From Adineta vaga (taxonomy: Eukaryota > Animalia > Rotifera): 64,000 nt of DNA. The stretch spans positions 11,966,001 through 12,030,000 of the forward strand of contig CP075493.1 of NCBI GenBank assembly GCA_021613535.1, given 5' to 3'. Both the position numbers and the translations under genes were made by a program. Below the pieces are notes generated by a model. It did not search any database. It was not told the origin of the DNA and worked only from the letters and a program-made list of their open reading frames with translations. Positions 53,526 to 64,000 of this stretch are shown piece by piece; within the stretch, counting starts at the first letter, position 1, and the number at the start of each line of letters is the position of its first letter.

Positions 53526-54523
53526 CTAATGACGTCGTTTGCTAGATTTTGATCGTTCTTCATTTCGTTGAACACACTTATACATGCGTTCTTCAATTTT
53601 TTTTGAAATCCAATTATTACCAAGATGTATTGTGGTAAGTGTCTATGTAATAATATGTTAAGAATTCGTATAGGAAATAAGTGTCGAAAAACAACAAGAA
53701 TTACCGTATTGCATTTTAATGCTTTAAGAAGATTTTTTGCGCCTTCATCTTCAATTATATTGTAACGCAAATCTAATGAAGTCAGAGTCTGTTAATAAAA
53801 ATAAATATAGGTAAAACAGAAATGAATAAATAAATACCGTATTATATGCTAATGCATCAGCTAAATAAAATGCTCCTAAGTCATCGATCTGATTGTAGCT
53901 AATAGACAGATCAGTTATGGTCTAAATGAAAAAACACATATGGTTTGGACATAAGATAGATAACTGATAATTACTTCGTTGAATCGTACAATGGGAGTTA
54001 AAAGTCGCATTGCCCCAGATCCAAGTTCATTACTATCAATGCCAAGAGATGTCAGTGTCTATATGAAAAGATATATATTGAACTGGATGAATAGTAGTTG
54101 AGAATTACTTTATTTTTTCGTAATACATTAACAATGCATCCAAGTCCTTTTTCACTGATTTGATTTTCCATGATATATAATCCAGTGATTGTCTGTTTTC
54201 AAACGATAATAATCAGTCATTATATAGTGAGATCAAACGCTCTTACCGTGTTGTTTTTCATTACATCAGCTAACAACTGTGCCATAGCATCTGTAATTTC
54301 AATACGTTCCACGTCAAGTTGTTGAATTTTCTGCACGAAATAATATTATTTTATACAATATACTTACGAAAAAGACGGAATTCACCTGATATCGATGATA
54401 AGTATCGATAATTGTGTTGAATCTGTGACAAATATTTCGCATTGAAAAGATAATTGTCAATATGCTTTGATGATCAAGAATTCGATAGACAAGTTCGACT
54501 GGTAATGTATGAAATGAAACCAT
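53526..54523 (-). CDS. F-box + ribonuclease-inhibitor-type LRR protein, one 28-aa LRR per 84-nt exon
   Basis: MVSFHTLPVELVYRILD F-box; exons such as 54247-54330 and 54109-54192 (84 nt, phase 0) encode TLTSLDLRYNIIEDEGAKNLLKALKCNT-type repeats. Confidence 0.9.
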
Positions 54524-54742
54524 GTTTTTACAGTTTGTTACAATGTTTTATTCTAGAAATATTGTTTATATAATGGTAGTGTGTCGTAGGTTTCTACTGA
54601 TGGTGTAATGACATGTTTTGATCGAAGCAAAATAAGAGAAAGAAAGAAAGAAAGAAAGGAGTTCGTAGTGCCCTATGATAAAACTAAATCAATCAATCAA
54701 TCAGCTTTATTTGTCATGAATAATATTTACAAAAATATATAA

Positions 54743-55891
54743 TTATTTTTCTTTTATTGCAGTCCATGAATTGAGAAGCGATTTTTTTGGTACAGGTATA
54801 TTATACAGAATAATCTCATATTTTCCAGTATGTGAATCAATATTGATGCTACGAACTTGAAAGAGTGTGAATGGAAGTAAAAGAACTTCTTCTTCATCAG
54901 CAAAATTTGATAATGGTGGTAATTTATCATTAACTCGAGTTAAATTAATTGCAGTGGAACATTTGTGAGGAAAATGGAAAGTAATTAAAACTGATAATCG
55001 GGAAGAATCATAAGCTCCAGCAAAACCTTGAGCAACAGTCTTTTTCTTTGATGTTGATTGTAGAGTACGTGTTTCCAGTACAAAATCTTGTCGTTGTACA
55101 GCCCATTTATAAGCATCAATATCAGTTAAAGTCATACTAATACCACGATATGTTTCACCTTGATAAGCACGATCGAATAATTCAGGAAGATGAAGAAAAA
55201 GAAGTGCTGTAAAAGCATTTGCATTATTTTGTAAGACGGAATAGAGTGGTGTCTCTAATGTATATAATGTTAATAATGAATCAATTCGACCTTTATCAAG
55301 AAAATTATCATAAAGATTAAAAACTTGTTTATCTTCTTGATTTATAATTTCGTTAAGTAATGATCGAAATTCTTCACAACATTCACGTTCAGTTCGTTGT
55401 TTGATAAATGCTTTGAGAAGACGTGGTGCTCGAGCAATAGCAAACATAAATTGTGATTCATTCGCGTCTGATGCAGATAGATAACCTTTTTGCCAATTAT
55501 CAGGAATATGCGATGTTTCATTGAGTTCACTACCATCTGCTGCTTTTAATAAAAATGATTCTATCGATGATGAACTATCAACAAATCGTTCACTTGTACC
55601 TTGACGAGAAAACAATGTGTGTAATTCATCAGTAATTGACATCATTTCCAAAGCCGTTTTTCCCTGTCGATTAACAATTGTTCGTAAAGAATAAGGTAAA
55701 AGAAGTCGAATAATTTCAATATGATTTCCTTGACAAGCTGCATGTAGAGCTGTATTACCATTAATAGAGTCAATTTGATTGATTTCTTCCAAAGTTAAAT
55801 CAGGTAACATCTTTTGTACGACTTCAAGATTACCTGTTGAACATGCTTCATAGAACAAACTTGATTGTTGATGACTACATACTGGACCCAT
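54743..55891 (-). CDS. Ankyrin-repeat + R-S-E (ExE) mono-ADP-ribosyltransferase, intronless
   Basis: GNTALHAACQGNHIEIIRLLL, GKTALE; LYTLETPLY; TYRG, QSTS, FADEEEVLLLPFTLFQV. Confidence 0.9.
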   Translation of the reverse strand: MGPVCSHQQSSLFYEACSTGNLEVVQKMLPDLTLEEINQIDSINGNTALHAACQGNHIEIIRLLLPYSLRTIVNRQGKTALEMMSITDELHTLFSRQGTSERFVDSSSSIESFLLKAADGSELNETSHIPDNWQKGYLSASDANESQFMFAIARAPRLLKAFIKQRTERECCEEFRSLLNEIINQEDKQVFNLYDNFLDKGRIDSLLTLYTLETPLYSVLQNNANAFTALLFLHLPELFDRAYQGETYRGISMTLTDIDAYKWAVQRQDFVLETRTLQSTSKKKTVAQGFAGAYDSSRLSVLITFHFPHKCSTAINLTRVNDKLPPLSNFADEEEVLLLPFTLFQVRSINIDSHTGKYEIILYNIPVPKKSLLNSWTAIKEK

Positions 55892-56212
55892 ATTAAATCG
55901 AATTCAATATACTTTGAAATCGGAACATACGATACGATATTGCCTCAAGGTAACCATTACGTGTAAAAATGTCCTAGTAAACCGCTATTGTAACCATCCT
56001 AAGTTCAACGACATCTATACACACACAATTTTCTATAAAGATTTTCCGACTGTTATGTACCTAATTGACTTAAGAAACAGGAAACATATACGCTAAAACG
56101 ATTTGTTACACTAATTAGTACAATTGATTATGAGATAAAGAGAAAATAATAGTATTTTCGTGTCTTAGAAACATTTCTTTCTTTCTTCTTCCTGGTAGTA
56201 GAATATTAAATA

Positions 56213-57275
56213 ATGACTGTCAATGTGTGTACCTGTGATAAAAAAAACGTTGACAGGAAAAAAACTTTCAATTGTCTGGAAAAAATGTGTGTAAGTAATA
56301 TTTTACTGCGGAATATATTTACTTTATTATATTGCATGATTTGATAGAGACAAAATGTTTTTAATCTGTTTAGATTAAACACGATCGACCGGTTGGTATT
56401 CTTGAATGGTTATATATTACTCCCGAAAGTGTTCAAATTAATGTCAATAATCGAACAGGAGCTGTTGCTCCAGCAATATCTTCTCATTTATATTCACTTC
56501 GTCAAGCTTTAATTTCCACAATTATTCTTCTTATAATAGGCCTTACCGGTTTGGCGGACATAATTATCGGCAGTTTCTATTTTTCCAAATGTTCCGATCC
56601 AACCCTCGTACCATTAGCACCTATGTTCTATATCCTTGATGGTGTAGTGATTATACTTTTAGTTATTCTAATGGCTACATTGGTACGTTTTCTTATTTAA
56701 TAATAAGAAAATTTGAATCTATTCGGATTTAGATTCTTCTTAAGACAACTATTTGTTATAAGCGAAATACTCGAATCTTTCAGATTGCTAACTATTTAAC
56801 CATTGTATGGGTAGTTGTTCTGTTCATCCTTTCATTCTTAGTAAGTTGAATTTATGAATGATAAAATTGTTTTATATTTTTCTGCTTCCTTATTGTCATT
56901 CAGGAACTGAGTTTTGTTTCAGTTTATTACTTCACATCTAGAATTGGTGTATGTATGGGAAATTTATATTGGATTGCATATGCTCTGACATTAATTCCTA
57001 TTATTTTTCTTTCAATATATCCCATCAAACGACTTATTACTCAATTGTGGAAGGGTCATAAACAAAGAAAAGCTAAAGTTCAAATTGCACGACAAAATCG
57101 TATAATTCCAGCTACATTTACTCAATCAGGAACTGGTTATATACCGTATCCTGGAAATATTCAATATATACCATATGGATATGTTCTACCTCCCATGAAT
57201 TCGATCCATCCAATGATTTTACCGCCTATTCAATCACAGTTTGAATTAACTAATAACGAAGAAAACGTTGTTTGA
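56213..57275 (+). CDS. Four-TM membrane protein with Pro/Tyr-rich C-terminal tail (4 exons)
   Basis: Exons splice in frame (MTVNVC...EKMC|IKHDRPV...LMATL|ILLKTT...LSFL|ELSFV...); four hydrophobic helices with loop cysteines; tail YIPYPGNIQYIPYGYVLPP. Confidence 0.75.
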
Positions 57276-57620
57276 GTTCTCTTTTTCTTTTTTTTATTTT
57301 ATAAAAAATAAAGATTATCTCAAGGATGCGAAGATGATAATAACCAATTTTTCAAAGTCATCCAAGATATGTTGAGAATGTAAATTTAGTTATCATATTT
57401 CATCGTCATTGAAATTAATAAATGATAAAATAGTATTACACACGTACAACCACAAGAATGTAAAAAACCAAACTATTCGTCTTTTTTTCTCCTCTGTCAA
57501 TGCCATATTTAATCATTGAAAAGTACAGATAAGAATAATATCGATATATATTCTTTGTTCTTTGAGGTTTTTTTTCACTATTCTATTCATCATTCTATGT
57601 TTGTTATATCAAATTGCAAC

Positions 57621-58418
57621 ATGTTAAAATTCGCTCTTGCCTTAGTTTTGATTGTGTCCGTATTGGGCAAAAAAGAGGAGAAAAAAGGCGATAATTTATG
57701 TCCAACAGTTCCTAATGTACTCTGTGTTCGAGATGTTCTTCGAGAGATTTTATTTTCGGCTGGTATAGTAAAGAACAATGCAAATGAGATCGAACAGTTT
57801 ATTGTAAGTATGAGATTAATAATATATTTTTTTCTTCTGATTTTATTATATTTGTTTTCTTGTACAGCTTAGATACGAACCAAATGAAGAACTTCTTAAT
57901 AGTCATATTAAATCAAAATCAAAAACAATTGAATCAACTCTTCCTAAATCAAAAAATCATCAACAATATACGAATCTTACGAGTATTGCTAAAGTATAAC
58001 AAATTATATTGACTCATCGTATTTATTCTTCTAATCATCTTTTTCTTTATTCTAGATTGATCTTATCAATTTAGTTCAAGAAGAAGTTAATGCTTTTAAT
58101 TATATTTATAAATCAATTGAAAATGTTTTGAAACAAGGTAATATCTTTGAAACATCAACGGAACGATTATTTAAACAAATTTTAACAAATATACAAGAAA
58201 ATATTCTCTGTCCATATCGATCCGTTTTGAATGTTTATTCTGCAACACCGGCGTCAATAAATGAAGTCAATGGAATAGAAATTGCTGCAAGTAAAAAGAA
58301 AGATTTATGGTCATCATTTTTATATAATGTTAATTCAATCATTACTGCTCGATTAATACAAAATTGGGTCGATCATACTGATAATTTTATTAGCAATTTA
58401 GAAAAGAAATTCTCATAA
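57621..58418 (+). CDS. Secreted helical protein of unknown function (3 exons)
   Basis: Signal peptide MLKFALALVLIVSVLG; GT-AG introns join to ORF 58128. Confidence 0.65.
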
Positions 58419-58580
58419 TATAAACTTGAATTTAAATTAAATTAGATTTTTTTTTGTAGCTCTAGTTAGTTTTCATATACTCAAGAAATAAATAAATTTG
58501 AAAGTTGATTCCTCGAAAAAAAGAAAAACGTATTTTCTTATTTTAAAACGAACAAAAATCAATGGATAACATTTGAATAA

Positions 58581-59573
58581 TTATAAGACTGGAAATAGAT
58601 TAGCTAAATCTAGTCGATCGGTTTCATTGAGTCGTGTATTTAATGCTTCATATACAGGTTGTAAATGTTCTGGTTTACGTGGTCCAATAATTATTCCAGT
58701 TATTCGAGTATCACTTAATAACCAAGCTAAACTTAAACCAGCTAGACTAATATTACCAAATCGTTCTTTACTTATTTTTTTCATTGAATTTAAACCATCA
58801 AATATACTATTCTGATTTTGAACATAGACTGAATACGGATCAGGTCGTAATGTCATACGAGAACCCGATTCATATTGCAAACCTGCTTGATATTTTCCTG
58901 TTAACCATCCACCAGCTAATGGACTATATGGAGTAAAACCAAGTTCATATTTCGAACATATTTGTAAAATTTTTTCTGCTTCTTGATAACCTAATAATGA
59001 CATAGAATTCTGTACCCATTTGTATCGATTTAAATTCAACTGATCACAAATTGATATACTTTTTTCTAATTCTTCACAATTGATATTTGATGCACCATAT
59101 GCACGTATTTTTCCATTTGTTTGTAATTCATCAAAACAACGAAGTGTTTCTTCCAGTGGTGTTTTTTCATCCATTTCATGTGAAAGATACATATCCAATT
59201 GCTCTACTCCAAGACGTGTCAATGTACCTTCGATTTTTTCTAATATTCTTTCTCTCGATAAACCCATGGTATCACCAGCAAACATTGGATTATATGTTTT
59301 GGAACTTAGTACGACTTTATTTCTAATTTTTTCATCCGATTTTTTTAGCCAAGTACCAATATATGTTTCACTTCGACCTCCACCATATGCATCAGCTGTA
59401 TCAAATGTTGTTATACCAAGACGAACAGCAGCATCAAGAATATCATGAGCTTGTTCTTCGTTTTCAGCTTGATCAAATAATGAAGGTTCAGAACCAATAC
59501 CACCAAAACAACCACAACCAAGAATTATACGAGATATTTCAATATCTGTTTGTCCAAGTTGTCGATATTCCAT
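58581..59573 (-). CDS. Aldo-keto reductase, bacterial type, CDS intronless
   Basis: MEYRQLGQTDIEISRIILG, FDTADAYGGGRSE, SSK, LDMYLSH, GKIRAYGASN, PYSPLAGGWLTGKY. Confidence 0.93.
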   Translation of the reverse strand: MEYRQLGQTDIEISRIILGCGCFGGIGSEPSLFDQAENEEQAHDILDAAVRLGITTFDTADAYGGGRSETYIGTWLKKSDEKIRNKVVLSSKTYNPMFAGDTMGLSRERILEKIEGTLTRLGVEQLDMYLSHEMDEKTPLEETLRCFDELQTNGKIRAYGASNINCEELEKSISICDQLNLNRYKWVQNSMSLLGYQEAEKILQICSKYELGFTPYSPLAGGWLTGKYQAGLQYESGSRMTLRPDPYSVYVQNQNSIFDGLNSMKKISKERFGNISLAGLSLAWLLSDTRITGIIIGPRKPEHLQPVYEALNTRLNETDRLDLANLFPVL

Positions 59574-59978
59574 TTTAATCTAGAAATAAATCAGAACGAA
59601 TGTTTTCATATGACTCCTGTACTATCATACTCACTATGACGTGGTATAGAATAAATGACTGAGTGCAGAACAAAGAAAAGATAACTGCTGTCGACCATGA
59701 TCATATTCACTGTAATGTTATCTCCTCGTCATTCGTTTTTTCATCAGTACAATAAGGTGCTTAACGAAAATGAATTATAAATTTTACAACCGTTGTCTAT
59801 GATTTAGTACAGAAAATATATTAATAGATGGTGTTCGACAATGACAATTTCATCCTCCATCTTCTTGTTAGAAATAAAAAGAAATGAACAATTGTTTATA
59901 ACAAAAATATCAATTTTATTATCAGAAATTACTACAGATTTACAGTTTTAATTGTGAATAATGAGTTATTACAGATGA

Positions 59979-60644
59979 TTATTCAATGGCAAAACGTCTT
60001 GGTTCTTGTAATAAATTATTTGTATGTATATCAAAATTATATCCATTAGCAGTTTTCAATCCATATTTTTCAGCTCGATTAGACCATTCCTGTTGAAATT
60101 CTTGTTCATTTTCAATACGATCAAATTCACGATTTTCTAATAAGTTTCCCGTTGATGGATCACGTCGTTTTATTATTCGATGACCACGTTCACCAAGACG
60201 ATGTGCTACTTCCATTTTCTCTATATTTCGTTCTGTATCTCTCAGTCCTTTACGTGTTCGTTCAAGACCTATAAAGAAAACAAAAAATGAACAAATCGTA
60301 TTAATTGAAGAAACTCATTACATACCTTCAGGTCCACGTAGTTTTTCAGATATTGCTTGGAAAATTTTTGGTTTACTTTCATCTCGATTGTCTATACTCA
60401 TTATTGTTGATGAAGTAAATGCAACACCTTGACCATCTAGTCTTGTATCAAATCCATGGATCATTTCATCCATAAATTTAAAGCCATTACCGAATAAATC
60501 TAAACTTCGATGATCGTGTGAACGTCGTTGAGATACTTGCCGATCACGTCCATCGTATATTGATCGATGTTCCAATGCTAATGCCTGTGGTAGATCGATA
60601 TCGGAAAAAAATGGATCGTTGTGAAATGCTTCAAAGAGTGTCAT
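59979..60644 (-). CDS. MLF: Myeloid leukemia factor (MLF) family protein, 2 exons
   Basis: DPFF, FTSSTIMS, PKIFQA...GPEG|LERTRKGLRD...EKMEVAHRLGERGHRI, EFQQEW. Confidence 0.85.
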
Positions 60645-61268
60645 AATGTTAATTGAAATTGCTTTGTTTTAGAAATAAACTAACGCTTCTCAATAGACGG
60701 TCTCTATTTATATATGTATCGTAGAAATGTACTGAATTTTCGAGACCTTTCTCGTAAGAGAAAGAAAAGAATAGAACATACTGTAATCAACGCGACATAC
60801 ATTTTTTTTCTTTTCTGTTCTGTAGAACGAGAAAAAGAAAAGAAAAAAACTTTCTTTTACTATGATGAGCACCTATCGATACGTAGAGATGTATGACAAT
60901 AACATAAACATATGCACTGTATTTTTTTCAAGTGATTGATAGGAAAGATAAATTGAGTTTTATACTACTCGAAATAAATGTCTCTCACCATCCATTCATT
61001 CATATAATGCGTATTTAAATAATAAAAATAGCTTTCATTGACTAGCTCTAATAATTAAAAGAAAACTATCATATTACTATCTTCAAGCCGTTTACAAAGA
61101 AGGAGAAACTTCATATTTAAACGACATCTGTATGAATAAATTGAAGTTTTTTTTCGATTATTATTGCTACCGTAAAGCATGACATATCAATCGATACATG
61201 ACGCATATGACTCACTATCTTTTAGTATACAAACGTCGTCGTCGTCGTCGAAGAGAAATATATTTCAT

Positions 61269-64000
61269 ATGTCATGTTTCGATGCTTTCATTTCTATATG
61301 TTTCAGATCAATGGTTCATATACCTATTTTAAGAAAGAAAAAAGTTCAAGGTTTGATTAGAATAATTAGTAAATTGTTATAAGATGAATTTCTTGTTTTA
61401 TTTTATAGAGACTAGTCGGAAGTTTCGAGCTAATGAATATAGACAAGACTTTGCTGTAGTTATTTTGATTTTTGTTAGAAGGAAAAAGGATTTAATTGAA
61501 AATATGTTTTAGAACAATCGAATATCAACTTCAAAATATAGTCCTATAACATTTTTACCAAAAAATCTCTTCGAACAATTTCGACGACTAGCTAATGCTT
61601 ATTTTCTAGTACTCGTGTGTTTGCAAGTAAAGACATAATTGAAATTAGAAGTGATTTTCAAGTTATACATTTCTTAATTATTCTTTAGTTTATTCCACAA
61701 ATCACTTCATTAACACCTGGTACAAGTATTGCACCACTTTCGATCGTTTTATTAATTACTGCAGTCAAAGATGCTGTCGATGATATCGTTAGATTTTTCG
61801 AATTTTCTCAATTTTTTTCAATTCAATTTTCTATTTCTTTAGAGACGACATCTAAGTGATAAACAAATAAATAATCGTCAAGTAAAAGTTATAATCGAAC
61901 AGCAATTAATATCCAAAAAATGGCAAGACATTAAAGTCGGTGATATTGTACACGTCGAAAATAATCATTTTATTCCTGTATGAATTCATATGAAAAGAGA
62001 AAATGAAAGAAAGAATATGTTTATTTTAGGCTGATATTGTTCTTCTATCAACTAGTACAGCAAATGGTATTTGTTTTCTTGAAACAGCTGAATTAGATGG
62101 AGAAGTAAATCTGAAATTACGTCAAGCTTTAAAAGAAACATGTGTTCTTGAAGATCATATCGATCAATTATCCAGTTTTCGTGGTAGAAATTCATTCATT
62201 CAATGTTAAAAATTACAAAATTTTGTTTTTCAGGTGAAATTGAATGTCAACCACCGAATAATAATCTTCGACATTTTGAAGGAAATCTATCATGGAATGA
62301 AAGAATATTTACATTGAAGAATGAAAATGTTCTTTTACGTGGAACAATACTCAAAAATACAGAATGGATTTTTGGTGGTATAAAAATTTATTTTCTAAAA
62401 AAAACAAGATTTTATATTTCTAATTTGATATTTTCAGTCGTTTGTTATGCTGGTTTAGATACAAAAGTCATGCAGAATAGTGGCAAAGCACAATTTAAGC
62501 GAACTAAAATTGATCATTTACTCAATCGATTTATAATTAGTGTAAGAATATCATTTTTCTTCTTATCATCTCAATATGTTTCTTATTTAGATTTTTCTTT
62601 TCTTACTTATCATGTGTACAATAATGACAATCTGTAGTGGTATTTGGGAATCATCAGTTGGTTATTATTTCCGTATTTACGTCCGATGGGAAACCTATAT
62701 ATCTACAGATCGACAAATTGGTGCACTTGAAAAAAGTTTATTAACATTCTTATCATATGTCATTATCTTACATACCGTTATTCCAATATCACTTTATGTT
62801 AGTGTAGAAATGATTCGTTTAGTACAATCAAAATGGATTGATTGGGATAATAAAATGTATTATGCACCAAATAATGTACAGGCACAAGCTCGTACAACGA
62901 CATTGAATGAAGAATTAGGACAAATACAATATATTTTCTCTGATAAAACAGGAACATTGACTCAGGTAATTTATTGAACAATGACTTCTATTCTGATCAT
63001 TATCTTTAGAATATTATGACATTTAAAAAATGCTCAATTCGAGGTAAACTTTATGGTTATATATTGAATGAAGCTGGTGATGAAATACACAATATTGAAG
63101 TAAGATTTCGTTTTTTTTTATTCACATTCTATTATCGAATTATGTCATAGAACTTAAAAGCTGTTGAATTACACGATAATAATTATGATGTTCAATGGTA
63201 TGATACGAAATTATTGGATGCAATTGAAAACAATGATGAAGATGTGAAGAATTTTTTTATATTATTATCTCTTTGTCATACAGTTATGTCTGAAGAGAAA
63301 GATGGTGATATTATTTATCAAGCACAATCACCGGATGATGAAGCACTTGTTTCTGCGTCACGTGCTTTTGGATTTATGTTTGTTGTAGGATTTCTTTTGT
63401 GACAATAATATTTACTCTATTCCTTTAATTTGAATATGTATAGGATCGTACTCAAAGTACTATTACAGTTCGTTTTGGAAATAATAAAGAAGAAACGTAT
63501 GATTTATTACAAATACTTGATTTTGATAATGATCGCAAACGAATGTCGGTATGTTTTGTTTTTCTAAAAACTTTTTTTTTCTTTTTATGATCGTTTTTAT
63601 AGGTTATTGTTAAACAACATGGAAGAATATTTTTATATTGTAAAGGAGCAGATTGGAAAATAAAGCAGCGTTTAGCTCCGTCAGAAAAGAATTTAATGAC
63701 ATTGACTAACGAACATTTACATGTGAGTAATCTTTTGCTATTGTCTTGAGAATATTTTTCTTTTTTCTTTGCAGAAATTTGCAACAGATGGTTTACGAAC
63801 TCTTTGTTTAGCGTATAGAGAATTGAATGAAAATGATTATAATAGATGGGCTCAAAAATTACATGTCGCAACGTATATTATATTTAAAAATAGTCTCTCG
63901 TATGTTTTACTTTTAAATTTTTAGAATAAGTATGGAAAATCGAAATGAAAAAATCAATAATGCCTATGAAGAAATTGAAAGAAATTTGATATTAATTGGT
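61269..64000 (+). CDS. P4-type ATPase phospholipid flippase (ATP8B-like), runs off the window end
   Basis: [101 protein letters not shown]. Confidence 0.95.

Noticed and set aside
62095-62118. DGEVNLK instead of DGETNLK in the P4-ATPase actuator loop
   Set aside because: The catalytic Glu is retained; one conservative change is too little to claim altered function.

Overview
AT-rich (~30% GC by eye), gene-dense eukaryotic genomic DNA with many ~50-60 nt GT-AG introns. The gene-family mix (F-box/LRR, NHL-propeller, R-S-E ADP-ribosyltransferases, intronless rhodopsin-like GPCR, several bacterial/fungal-looking genes between core metazoan genes) strongly suggests a bdelloid rotifer; this is inference, not a database result. 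Recognisable genes: GHKL-ATPase/HExxH giant protein, three F-box proteins, a divergent UAP56/DDX39 helicase, a DEKA-type Nav1 channel, TLC protein, ABCG half-transporter, two tandem thaumatin-fold genes, SLC33A1-like MFS, metallophosphoesterase, DUF1647 glycosyltransferase-like, GH31 alpha-glucosidase, RanBP2-type Zn-finger mini-protein, ankyrin-ART, bacterial-type aldo-keto reductase, MLF and a partial P4-ATPase. About seven genes are broken by nonsense codons, frameshifts or internal deletions. Most notable: (i) a candidate polycistronic unit at 51.6-53.5 kb whose ORFs are separated by only 21 and 11 nt and repeat one receiver-like domain; (ii) a tandem pair of leaderless, nearly cysteine-free, basic thaumatin-fold proteins; (iii) a DED-TM-NHL receptor architecture (pseudogenised copy); (iv) a Nav1 lacking the domain-IV outer-ring Asp and the IQ motif. 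No tRNA, rRNA, CRISPR or intact transposon was identified. All gene models were spliced by hand and family calls rest on motif recognition.
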